A DNA stretch of 64,000 nucleotides, taken from Macrostomum lignano (lineage: Eukaryota). The stretch covers positions 1-64,000 of the forward strand of contig NIVC01000301.1 in the NCBI GenBank assembly GCA_002269645.1, given 5' to 3'. The notes under the pieces are model-generated. The model was not told the origin of the DNA. It made no database searches and saw nothing but the letters and a program-made list of their open reading frames with translations. Positions 52,616 through 64,000 of the stretch are shown one piece after another; within the stretch, counting starts at the first letter, position 1, and the number at the start of each line of letters is the position of its first letter. The translations under genes were made by a program, and so were the position numbers.

Positions 52616-53539
52616 CAGGCAGCCCACTGAGTGACAGGTGCATGTTTACTCATATTTAATATTGAGTTTCACGCAGAGAAAATAATCTCTAGCTGCTTTC
52701 GCATGCCAAATTGCTTCTCACAAAAGGCGATTAATTACTTAGTTACTAATGACTGTTTGATTCACTGAGCGGTTGAGTTCTGAATTGAAGTCTAACCTTT
52801 CAGAAGCAAACAATTTTGATCACAAGCAAAGCGAAATGCTAAAACAAAATTTCGCACTTCTTTCCTTAAACTTTCAGCAAGGCAGCAGGGTGACAGGTCA
52901 GTGAGGTCACTGAGATTTCCTGGGCCTTGGAGATGAACAGAGGTTGAACAAGTTTTTCGCTTTAAAAAAAAATTTAAGCTGTTGTAACTCGCGTGTCATT
53001 GCGCTTTTTAAATTGCATTTTCACTTAATTGTTTAAATACATTACTGTTAGTAGTCGGCATGCAAACTTTTTTATAGTATGTTTACTTTGTGTGCCTTAA
53101 ATTAAAGTTTTTTATACCTGAAGTTCTGAACTCTATGGAACTATACTATCGAAGGTTATTTTTACTTCAAGGACACTGGAAACCCCAACTTCTAGTGGTC
53201 CTTGAAGTTTTTACCTTTGCATGCGCTTCTGTTGTCAATTTAGCGAATATGCGGTTGAATCGAGCTGAGAGATTTCGCAGTTTATTACAGTTTTCATTCA
53301 TGAAAACATTTAACAGTTGTTTGCTCAGAACTGAGTTCAGCTCTGCTTTGTCAGCTATTGGAAGTCACACTCACTCAAAATGTCACACTGTGTCAGTCAC
53401 AGCCTCAGTCACGCTACTGACGCAATAGCAGTCACACTAGACTTGAAACCATCGCTCACACTTTTAAGTCACACCGTCCGTCACACAATAAATTCAAATC
53501 TGTTTTTGTGAGGCATTGGTCACACTATCGCTTTTATAG

Positions 53540-53990
53540 CCTTTCACTCGGAATGTCACACTATTAGTCACACCATCAGTCACACTATTAGTAACATTAT
53601 TGGTCACACTATTAGTCACATTATTAGTCACACTATAATAGTCACACTATTAGCCACACTGTTATTGACACCATCAGTCACACGATTAGTCAAACAATTA
53701 GTCACACTATTAGTCACACTATATTGGTCACACTATCAGTCACTATTAGCCACACTTTTATTGACACCATCAGTCACACTATTAGTCACATTATTAGTCA
53801 CACTATCAGTCACACTATTAGCCACACTGTTATTGACACCATCAGTGACACTATTAGTCACATTATTAGTCACACTATCAGTCACACTATTAGTCACACT
53901 ATATTGGTCACAATATCAGTCACACTATTAGCCACACTGTTAGTGACACCATCAGTCACACTATTAGTCACATTATTAGTCACACAATTA
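53540..53990. repeat. 12-bp minisatellite (TCACACTATTAG)n
   Basis: Visible. Confidence 0.93.
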
Positions 53991-54494
53991 CCTGTGTGAC
54001 TACCTGCGACTGCAATGACCTTCAATGTCTCAGGCCGTCTGTCTCTGGATTCCAGCGCCCATTTTTCTCGTTGAAACTTCTGGCGCTCCTCATCGACCCA
54101 AAAGTCCATCACAGAGTCTCCCACAGTGCTTCACTTTGTGCCCCCCCCACTCTCAACCCGCTTATCCCCCCGCTGCGCCGAGGCGAGGTTGGGCGATTCG
54201 ATCTGCCGGACGCGCACCTGAGCCGGGCTCCCACAGACCTGAGCCTCGCAGTTATCACCCGCGCTGAATTCCGCCTTCGATTCACTGAGCCAGCCTGCTG
54301 TGACTGCCGCTGCGATTCTCTCGGCAGCTCTCACCTGCCCCCCACTCCCTGCACACCCGAGCTCGGCCGGATCGAACTCCCCTCGATCGAACCCTAGCAG
54401 CTCATGCAGGCAAAGTGGTCGCTTCTGAAAGTTCGATTCGGCATTGATAATTGAGATGCTTGCGCGATGCACTTTAAAGAGATTAGGAAGAAAA

Positions 54495-55910
54495 TTTTGA
54501 AGAGGTCCAGTTTCCAGTGATTTCGAAGAGGTCCAGTTTCCAGTGATTTCGAAGGGTTCCAATTTTCAATGATTTTGAAGAGGTCCAGTTTCCAATGATT
54601 TAGAAGAGGTCCAGTTTCCAATGATTTAGAAGAGGTCCAGTTTCCAGTGTTTTGAAGAGGTCCAGTTTCCAATGATTTAGAAGAGGTCCAGTTTCCAGTG
54701 TTTTGAAGAGGTCCAGTTTCCAATGATTTAGAAGAGGTCCAGTTTCCAGTGTTTTGAAGAGGTCCAGTTTCCAGTGTTTTGAAGAGGTTCAGTTTCCAGT
54801 GATTTCGAAGAGGTCCAGTTTCTAGTGATTTCGAAGAGGTCCAGTTTCTAGTGATTTCGAAGAGGTCCAGTTTCTAGTGCTTTCGAAGGGTTCCAATTTT
54901 CAATGATTTTGAAGAGGTCCAGTTTCCAATGATTTTTAAGAGTTCCAGTTTCCAGTGATTTCGAAGAGTTCCAGTTTCCAGTGATTTCGAAAAGGTCCAG
55001 TTTCCAGTGATTTCGAAGAGGTCCAGTTTCTAGTGATTTCGAAGAAGTCCAGTTTCCATTGATATTGAAGAGGCTAATTTTCCAGGGATTTCGAAGAGGT
55101 CCAGTTTCTAGTGATTTCGAAGAGGTCCAGTTTACAGTGATTTTGAAGAGGTCCAGTTTCCAGTGATTTCGAAGAGGTCCAGTTTCCAGTGATTTCGAAG
55201 AGGTCCAGTTTCTAGTGATTTCGAAGGGGTCCAGTTTCCAGTGTTTTGAAGAGGTTCAGTTTCCAGTGTTTTGAAGAGGTCCAGTTTCAAGTGATTTAGA
55301 AGAGGTCCAGTTTCCAGTGTTATGAAGAGGTCCAGTTTCCAGTGTTTTGAAGAGGTTCAGTTTCCAGTGTTTTGAAGAGGTCCAGTTTCAAGTGATTTAG
55401 AAGAGGTCCAGTTTCCAGTGTTATGAAGAGGTCCAGTTTCCAGTGTTTTGAAGAGGTCCAGTTTCCAGTGTTTTGAAGAGGTTCAGTTTTCAGTGATTTC
55501 GAAGAGGTCCAGTTTCTAGTGATTTCGAAGAGGTCCAGTTCCTGGTGATTTCGAAGAGGTCCAGTTTCAAGTGATTTCGAAGAGCTCCAGTTCCTGGTGA
55601 TTTCGAAGAGGTCCAGTTTCAAGTGATTTCGAAGAGCTCCAGTTTCCAGTGATTTCGAAGAGGTCCAGTTTCCAATGATTTAGAAGAGGTCCAGTTTCAA
55701 GTGATTTCGAAGAAGTCCAGTTTCTAGTGATTTCGAAGAAGTCCAGTTTCTAGTGATTTCGAAGAAGTCCAGTTTCTAGTGATTTCGAAGAAGTCCAGTT
55801 TCTAGTGATTTCGAAGAAGTCCAGTTTCAAGTGATTTCGAAGAGCTCCAGTTTCCAGTGATTTAGAAGAGGTCCAGTTTCCAGTGTTTCGAAGAGGTCCA
55901 GTTTCCAGTG
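54495..55910. repeat. 25-26-bp minisatellite (GAAGAGGTCCAGTTTCCAGTGATTTC)n
   Basis: Visible. Confidence 0.97.
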
Positions 55911-56429
55911 AGTTCGATACGGCTTATTTATTAATATTTTAAAGTCCCAATGTTGACGCGGAGGTGGCACGGTCTTATTCGATCTTGCTATTCGATTGCT
56001 AATTTTTAACAACAGCTCATCCGGGAATTTCCTCTGCTCTCTTGCTTGACAAGTCGGCCTGTTTTTCACCTGAACAAACAAGCTGTTTGTTTTTTTACTC
56101 GTTTTACAAGAATCGGCAGTCAGTTGAAATCCCATTGATTGCCGGACGCTCGCTTCCTATTTTGGCGGCCGCCGCCGCTGCTGCAAGCTCCCCAGAGAGA
56201 CGGACAGCCGGGCTGGGGAGATTAGGGCTTCGGCTGAGATCCGGGCAAACCTTTAATTATTGATTTTGCCCAGCAGGACTCGGACAGAGAGAGAGAGAGA
56301 TTGATGAAGGCGACTCTCTGGCTTGACAGTACAAAATTTAAATGAACGGCACTGAAGCCGGCATTTTTGTACCAGTTTCTTGCGAAAGAGAAACTTTCCA
56401 ACTGGGTACCAAACTGTAGGAGAGCGCTT

Positions 56430-57200
56430 TGAGAACACTGGGATAACAGCTTTGAGATTACTGGGACACCAGCTTTGAGAACACTGGGGGACGCCAGCTT
56501 TGAGAACACTGGGATGCCAGCTTTGAGAATACTGGGATGCCAGCTTTGAGAACACTGGGATGCCAGCTTTGAGAACACTGTGATGCCAGCTTTGAGAACA
56601 CTGGGACACCAGCTTTGAGAATACTGGGATGCCAGCTTTGAGAATACTGGGATTCCAGCTTTGAGAACACTGGGATGCCAGCTTTGAGAAAACTGGGATG
56701 CCAGCTTTGAGAACACTGGGACACCAGCTTTGAGAATACTGGGATGCCAGATTTGAGAACACTGGGATGCCAGCTTTGAGAACACTGGGATGCCAGCTTT
56801 GAGAACACTGGGATGCCAGCTTTGAGAACACTGGGGGACACCAGCTTTGAGAACACTGGGATGCCAGCTTTGAGAACACTGGGATGCCAGCTTTGAGAAC
56901 ACTGGGATGCCAGCTTTGAGAACACTGGGACACCAGCTTTGAGAACACTGGATGCCAGCTTTGAGAACACTGGGATGCCAGCTTTTAGAACACTGGGGGA
57001 GCCAGCTTTGAGAACACTGGGATGCCAGATTTGATAACACTGAGACGCCAGCTTTGAGAACACTGGATGCCAGCTTTGAGAACACTGGGATGCCAGATTT
57101 GATAACACTGAGACGCCAGCTTTGAGAACACTGGGATGCCAGCTTTGAGAACACTGGGATGCCAGATTTGATAACACTGAGACGCCAGCTTTGAGAACAC
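56430..57200. repeat. 23-bp minisatellite (GCCAGCTTTGAGAACACTGGGAT)n
   Basis: Visible. Confidence 0.97.
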
Positions 57201-57851
57201 ACGCACTAAGTCTGAGTGCACAAGCACCAAGTCTCAAGAACAAGGGTGCTGTGACGCCAGCTTTAAGAACGGGTGCACCAACTTCAATTCAGGAGACGCC
57301 AAACTTTTACGATTCCGACTAAATATTAACCCTCAATCCGCTTGAAATAACTCTAACTCAAATCTGTATTGATGAAGCTGGCTGCAACCGCAGACAGTCG
57401 GAGATTTAACTCGCGATAAGCCGGGCGCCACATCGTCTGCCTTGGTGGAAATTCTTTCATAAATTTCGATCTTACTTTGACAAAAATGAAACAACAACGT
57501 ATTTGTGTTTTTCTCAAGTGCCATATAAAAAACTTCTCAAGAGCAGAGTCGGGTGGCGTTGAGTTAGCAGACTACGGGCATCTCTCCCGCTGTGCTTCAG
57601 TCTCTTTCTTCTCCATTATTGCTGTAAAAAACGATGTCGAACAGCAAATGGTGACAATAAGACGGAGCCGTACAATTCTGCTGCCAGGGCAGGGTGGGTG
57701 GCAGCCAATCCGAGGCGGGGGCTGCGCACTGCAGGGTTTGGGGGCGGGGCGGTCTCGGGGGAGGGCTGCGCTGCTTGTCTTAAGCTGTTGAAACCCTGCA
57801 GCTCGGCACTGTTCCTCCATCTGACCGCCCGGCTCCCCAGCTCTCAGCAGG

Positions 57852-58340
57852 ATGTCCACCCATCGTTCTGCCGCCGCAGCAGCTCCGAACGAGCTGGACG
57901 CTGAGACTGTCGGCTTCCTGATGGAGGCCAGCCGGCTCAGCGCGGAGGAGCTGCGGTCGCTGTACGCGCAGTTCAAGGCCTCGCAGCCTGGTGGGCGAAC
58001 CTCGGACTTCATGAACTACGTGTCCAAGTCGCAGAGCTCCAGCGCGCAGCTGCGCAAGAAGGCGCACCAGTTCTTCGACTTGTTCGACAGGAACAAAGAC
58101 CGCAGCATCAGCCGGGACGAGGTGTTGAGCATCATGCACTCCGTGTTCCTCACGGCCAAGGACCGCGGCGTCCAGCTCAACAGGCAGCCCGAGGACGTCT
58201 GCGACGAGTTCTTCAGCAAGCTGGACGTCGACGGCAACTGCGAGATCTCCGAGGAGGAGTTCGTCCAGGGCGTGCTGTCCGAGCCCGACCTGCTGAAGAT
58301 CCTGCAGAATCCCGAGGTGATGAACACTCTGAGCAGCTAG
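57852..58340 (+). CDS. Intronless EF-hand protein of neuronal calcium sensor (recoverin/frequenin) type, internally shortened
   Basis: 162-aa ORF with two canonical-like loops DRNKDRSISRDE and DVDGNCEISEEE in an NCS EF3/EF4 context (KKAHQFFDLFD...IMHSVF...PEDVCDEFFSKLD...FVQGVLSEPDLLKIL); GC boxes and a CCAAT motif lie upstream (~57700-57760). Confidence 0.88.
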   Translation: MSTHRSAAAAAPNELDAETVGFLMEASRLSAEELRSLYAQFKASQPGGRTSDFMNYVSKSQSSSAQLRKKAHQFFDLFDRNKDRSISRDEVLSIMHSVFLTAKDRGVQLNRQPEDVCDEFFSKLDVDGNCEISEEEFVQGVLSEPDLLKILQNPEVMNTLSS

Positions 58341-58790
58341 CCGCGGTCTGGCTAGCTCTTGACTTTCCCCGCCACCTGCACCGAGCGCTGCGCTAACACT
58401 GCCTGTGCACCGCTTCCTCCCTCCCTGCCCGGGCCTTTGCGCTGGAGTCCTTGGCTGGCAGCGAGCCTGCCGCCCGTCCCTCCCTGCCCCCCTTATCTTG
58501 TCAGCGTTGGATGCGACGTGCAGAGAATTGCACAGTGCAGCCCCTTCGTCTCTGTGCAGCCCCGCGCATCTTTTCTGTCGGCCTCTCTTACCGCCCGGCA
58601 GTCCTCTGCTATTAGCTCTGTCTGTCTTTTGTAAAGCTCTTTCGACTTGAACAGGTAAATGTTTAATAACAAATATTTGCAACTTGAAATTCTGCGCCTA
58701 CAAGTTTTGTCTAACTGTGCTAAACGTTATTTTTTTTCTTTAAACTTTTCAATTTTACTGCGAGAAAGAAACTCAATCGTCTGGATCGAC

Positions 58791-59242
58791 TAAGGGGCGT
58801 CGCCATGGATTCTATGGTGGGGGGACAAAGCCGGGAATTCTATTGTACATGTACATTTTTTCAGAATCAGTGTTGTAAACGCTCATTTTGGCGCCGCAGG
58901 CATTCATTTTGGCGCCGCAGGCATTCATTTTGGCGCCGCAGGCATTCACTTTGGCGCCGCAGGCACTCATTTTGGCGCCGCAGGCATTCATTTTGGCACC
59001 GCAGGCACTCATTTTGGCGCCGCAGGCATTCATTTTGGCGCCGCAGGCATTCATTTTAGCGCTGCAGGCACTTATTTTGGCGCCGCGGGCGCTATGTTGA
59101 GTCGCTCTGAAGCAAATTTTTGATTTCCAAATCGGGTCACAAGGTGGGAGTGGGAGGAGGACAAAGGATTGGCATGTCCCCCGATAGCTTTTACTGGGGG
59201 GACATGTCCCCCCCTGTCCTCCCTCCGGTGGCGACGCCCCTG
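58791..59242. mobile_element. hAT-type MITE (~450 bp) with internal 21-bp minisatellite
   Basis: TIR AGGGGCGTCGCCA / TGGCGACGCCCCT; identical 8-bp direct flanks GGATCGAC (58783-58790, 59243-59250); (TTTTGGCGCCGCAGGCATTCA)n at ~58880-59090. Confidence 0.85.
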
Positions 59243-60915
59243 GGATCGACAAAGTGGGAAGGCCCGTTTCACTGAACCCTGAGCACTCGCGTTGATGCGT
59301 ACGCTGGCTCATTTTCACATAGGATCTGAGTAGAAGTGAGTGCGGCCGCTAACAGAATCGAACTTGGGAAACTCGACTAGTGCCTCCTCTAAGCCTTCTG
59401 GACTCAAAATTTAATGGTGATTTTAATATGCTTTGAGCCCCCCTCTCGATAAAAGCTGCTGGGCTGCAGCGGTCCAGCTAGCAGTAATTAAAAAGCCGTG
59501 GCGGAACGGAGCTGCGAGTTCCTTGGGCGACGAAAACGATATATTTTTCATTAAAATATCAGCGGCGACGAATGCGCAGTTAATGCAGCGGCGCGGGTTT
59601 CTGCCGCGAGTGGGGTGGTCGGTTTAAAAATGCAGCTTTTCTTGCTGGATTTGCTGGATCCGCGCTTCCGCTTTGTCTCTCCGCCGGAATTTCTGCTTCC
59701 ATTTGGAGGAAGAATAGCAGTTTTTTGGGGGATTTTTGTAGCTCGCGCTACAATGGGATCGGTGAGCTACCTCATCACCTCTGCATCCGCGATGTCTGAT
59801 CTGTGAGCAGAAATTGAGCGATATATCCGATATATTTTATTTCAAGCAATCAAAGCTCATTGCTAAGGTTGAACGCACTGGGAGCGTGACTATTTTATCG
59901 ATTTTTTAACAGTAGAAAGACCAGGCTATTTTTCCCCATGGGGAAAGACCACGGGGGTGTATTACAAATACACACGACCGCTTTCACGATAGCTCGCAAA
60001 CCGAATTACCGATCTTCGTAAAAGTCCACCATATGGATAAAAATTTTTCGCCCTTTCCGATGAACTAACTTTCAAAGTCATCCGACGTCAGCATCGTCGA
60101 GATATTCAACGATTCTTGTCGAAGACACTGGTGGCAAGGACAACCAACACTACACTTGTATAAACCTTTATGCTAAATCCATATTAGCTCAATAATCTGA
60201 GTCCATCTGTCGTAGAAGCCTTTGTTCTCAGCATCCTAGGCACCAGGGTCCCCTTCATCACCGTCTGGAGCATCGGCGGTGACTGTCGGGACCTTCAACA
60301 AAAGCACCCGATCGGCGTCTCAGAGGCGGCTGCGTTCCCAAAACTGAAATGGAAGAATCCTCTTCTGCATGCAGCATTCAGTCAGTAGACACAATCGGTG
60401 AATGAAATGGACGATGGCGACCCTCTAGGCTGACCTGTAGACATACAGGCGACCTTCTGGACCTTAACGGAGTGCCACCCACGCGGCCCCGACGAGCTGG
60501 CACCCCCAAAATCGTGATTTTTCTATCAAGGCTCCAAACTAGGCATGTCTGCATATTATACAATGGTCCTGCACCATGTTAAATTGGAGAGTTACAGATT
60601 TAACGCGTGACTGAAAAATATAAAATAGACTCGCGTTCTGACTAAGAATATCAAACTCACGACTCTCAATCCTGATTGGCTAGATTACCCCTGCAGGTAT
60701 ACCCTCACTTCGTCTCAACTTCCATTCTGACGCACGTGTCCGCTGGGCCCATTAATTTAATTAGTTTAATCTTTCTGATACTTTTCAGCTTAGCTTCGCC
60801 AAATCTCTCGCACGTGGCATAAACTGTTGCTGCTTGGGTAAACGTCTTATAAATTCTGCTTCTCGTCCAAACTGGAACACATACATCCGGTAGAATCAAA
60901 TTCTCCTGCTTCTGA

Positions 60916-62600
60916 ATGGCAGAGACTCTTGCTGACAGCGATTCGGATGAAGAGTTTTCTCCAGATAAGAGTGGTCCAGATGAAAGAAAAATTCTGTTCG
61001 ACATTTCTCATGACCCAATCAACTGGTCCCAAGTCCCCCACATCCAAGACGATGGGCTAGTGACAGTCTTTCTCGGTTGACAGACGAACTGAATCCACGC
61101 ATTAATTGGAAGGAGTGCGCTGAAACGGAGAGCGGCACACTGATGGGCTTCTTCGATGACTCCATACTGGATTTGATCACAGCTGCAAACGAATGAGAGC
61201 ATCAGCTCAACATGTGGAGACTCAGCTGAGCTGGCAAGCAGAATGGAGATTGAGGGGCTAATCGGTGCTCTACTGAACAGCGGAGCCAACGATCTGCGCA
61301 ATGTCGCCCTGATAGGCTTGTGGAGCACTGATGTGAATTCTGGCTACCATCCACTGCTGCAGTGTGCGTTCAGCCGAAATCGATTTCTACTACTTTGGTG
61401 CAACCTATGCTTCGAAACTGCCAAACATCGTCAGCGGACTGTCACAACGGACAAGCTCTACGGCATCCGACGTCTGTGGGACACCTTTGTCAGTCAGCTG
61501 CGCCATCCTGTCCTTCCCGGGCCGTACCTCTGCGTCGACGAAGCTCTGGTTGTCTACTGGGGTGTGGACTGTGACTTCAGTCTTTCTGAAGGAGAAGCCC
61601 GGTCGCAATGGTGCCAAGCTGTTCCTGCTGACATCGGCTGGGAATCCAGAGATTCAGGATGACATGGACATCCGCTATGAGTTCAATGCGGAAATCTGCA
61701 CTGGTAAAGGAACACTGCTGTCCACTACTTTTGCATCACAGGAATCCGATGCTCGGCTAGCCAAGGGCTTAGAGGTGTGGAATGGTGAGCAAGTTGTTTG
61801 CCGCTTGGCTGATCCATTCAGAGGACACTGGTACAACATCACATGTGACAGATTCTTCTTGAGTCTTGCGCTGGCCAATCACTTGTACCGAGAAATGGGA
61901 TTTACGTTTCTTGGAACAGTGATGCGCACCCGTGGTGGCCTGCCAGCCGATCTCAAGAATTCAACTCAAAACAGGGCTCCACACACGAGCGAATTCCGGT
62001 TTTCTGAGGAGCTCACGTGTGTGTCCTACTGCCCTAAGGCGGCCTGAAACGTGATGTTGCTGTCCACCATGCACCACGACAGACAACTGCTTCCCAATGG
62101 CAAGCCTGTAGCAATAGGCACGTACTACAATTCTACCAAGAGTGGCACGGACACCTGCAACAGGATGTTCCGCACATCCGACTGCAAGCGAATCTTCTCT
62201 TCGGCGGCATACTCAACATAGCAGCTGTGAATGCCGCTGCTATCTGGAGACTGGCGCACCCGGAGCTCTGCCCCTCGCCGAACTATCGCAACGAGTTCCA
62301 GCGCAAGGCAGCTGCGCAACTTCTGCAACCTCTGATCGAGAAGCGCTCGCAATCGGCCGCTCTTCTTCAGAATCTGTCCGATCATCACCGGCTGATGATC
62401 CAGCTCGCAGGTTGTCAAATCAACGACGAGCAAATGAAGGAACAGGCACGTGAAGCGGCGGCTGTGGTGTCAGTTGGTGGCAGAAAGCGCTGTGCAACAT
62501 GCGCGAGACAAAAGTCAAAGGACAAGAAGCCTTGAGTGCGAAAACAAGGAAGTGTTGCATATGTGACGAAGGAATTTGCCGAAGACACACTGCGATGAAA
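60916..62600 (+). pseudogene. Disrupted piggyBac (DDE_Tnp_1_7-type) transposase
   Basis: Fragments FSRNRF, DKLYGIRRLWDTF...PGPYLCVDEAL, KPGRNGAKLF, NITCDRFF.SLALA..L...GTV, VMLLSTMH, YNSTKSGTDT and C-terminal KRCATC; frameshifts and in-frame stops. Confidence 0.9.
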
Positions 62601-62654
62601 ATTGACTCCGCTTTTGTGTCAACGTGTCGGTGTTCAGATCCTTCTGCACTGAAT

Positions 62655-62800
62655 TTGCTGTAATATCATTTTTGACATGCTGTAATATCACTTTTGACAT
62701 GCTGTAATATCACTTTTGACATGCTGTAATATCATTTTTGACATGATGTAATATCATTTTTGACTGTAATATCATTTTTGACATGCTGTAATCTCATTTT
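62655..62800. repeat. 22-bp tandem repeat (TGCTGTAATATCATTTTTGACA)n inside the piggyBac 3' region
   Basis: Visible. Confidence 0.93.
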
Positions 62801-64000
62801 TTACAAATTAAATATTTTATTTTTTTAGTGGCGAGTTAAATCTGTAACTCTCCAATTTAACATGGCGCAGGACCATTGTATAATATGCAGACATGCCTGG
62901 TTTGGTGCCTTGATAGAAAAATCACGATGTTGGTGGTGCCAGCTTGTCGGGGCCGCGTGTTGGAACTCTGTTGAAGGTCCAGAAGGTCGCCTGTATGTCT
63001 ACAGGTCAGCCTAGAGGGTCGCCATCGTCCATTTCATTCACCGATTGTGTCTACTGACTGAATGCTGCATGCAGAAGAGGATTCTTCCATTTCAGTTTTT
63101 GGGAACGCAGCCGCCTCTGAGACGCCGATCGGGTGCTTTTGTTGAAGGTCCCGACGGTCGCCGCCGTTGCTCCAGACGGAGATGAAGGGGACCTGGGGCC
63201 TGGGGCGCTGAGAACAAAGGCCTCACGACCGATATGTTTAGTTTGCTGAGCCGACGTGGTTTCATGATGAGATGTTGGTGGTTTTTGTCACCAGACACCC
63301 CGAGGAGAATCGTTGAATATCTCGACGATGCCGATAATTCGTGATTCTCGAAGTTGCTTCATCGAATAGAGCGGAAAATTTTAGCCCGTGTTCTGGATTT
63401 TCATGGCAATTGGTTGAATATTTTTGGCGATACAGACAAAGGAAAATGTGTGTATTTGAAATACACCCCCATGGTCTTTCTACTGTTAATGCGACTGGGT
63501 CCGCGAGTTACCGATATCCCTAGTGCCTTTTGGAGTGACTTGAGAGTGACTGCGAGAGCGACTGCGAGAGCGACTGCGAGAGTGGCTGAGAAAATGACTG
63601 CGAGAGTGACAGCGAGAGTGAGCTCATTGGCGACTCACATCTTTCTGCCAGCTAAGCAGGCGGGAGGGCCTTCGGGCGTGGTCCCGATCTCCTTCGATCG
63701 GCTCAAGTCACAGGGAGCAGAAGAGGATGACTGGAGGGCAAAAGCCGTGAAATTCGAGTTGCAGCCCTGAATGGGATGGAGAATTGGGAGATCAGCAGAG
63801 ACGATAAGGCTCGGGAACGGGATGCGCGAGACAAATAGGGAGAAGAATTCAGAGAGAGAGATCAGGAGGCTTTAATCCGATTTAATCTGATTAAGGACCT
63901 GTTTACCGGTCAGGTGTGACACAAGGATCACCTTAGAATAACGAATTCAAAAGCAGCATTGGGAAACTACAAGCGCAGAACTGAAATTGCATGAGCCTAA

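Larger units (their letters stand above)
59910..63485 (+). mobile_element. piggyBac DNA transposon with very long TIRs, defective
   Basis: TTAA at 59906-59909 and 63486-63489; termini CAGTAGAAAGACCA / TGGTCTTTCTACTG; inverted repeats ~59910-60604 vs ~62835-63485; internal piggyBac transposase remnant. Confidence 0.92.

Noticed and set aside
54495-55910. CRISPR-like array of 26-bp repeats (also considered for the other arrays)
   Set aside because: Units are head-to-tail with no unique spacers, there are no cas genes, and the context is eukaryotic.
51928-57243. Long ORFs (PLCPSVGC, SQCSQSW, ETGPL repeats)
   Set aside because: Minisatellite translations open in several frames at once.

Overview
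Eukaryotic (animal) genomic DNA, not prokaryotic: GC-rich spliced exons, GT-AG introns and a very high load of tandem repeats. This style is reminiscent of a free-living flatworm such as Macrostomum, but the host is an inference only. Host genes: a secreted, very acidic protein with DxDxDGIPD Ca-binding repeats (minus, runs off the left edge), tektin-1, an intronless RASSF7-10-like RA-domain ORF, a 3-exon CYP2-clan P450, two orphan ORFs, a multi-exon class I SAM methyltransferase, a TTLL3/8 tubulin glycylase and an internally shortened NCS-type EF-hand protein. The most striking non-genic structure is a 9.56-kb near-perfect palindrome (arms ~4.7 kb, modular, no transposase) inserted in a (GTCT)n microsatellite inside the first large TTLL3 intron. 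There is also a 1.8-kb mini Polinton/adintovirus-like element carrying only a degraded PLA2 and a degraded integrase, with an (AGT)n array and a terminal hairpin. Further mobile elements are a piggyBac with ~650-700-bp TIRs, a hAT-type MITE and a tRNA/CORE-like SINE. About 20 unrelated mini/microsatellites cover roughly a quarter of the window and generate most long ORFs in the track. Three +1-repairable frameshifts in otherwise intact genes suggest long-read consensus errors. All coordinates were read by eye; repeat boundaries are approximate.
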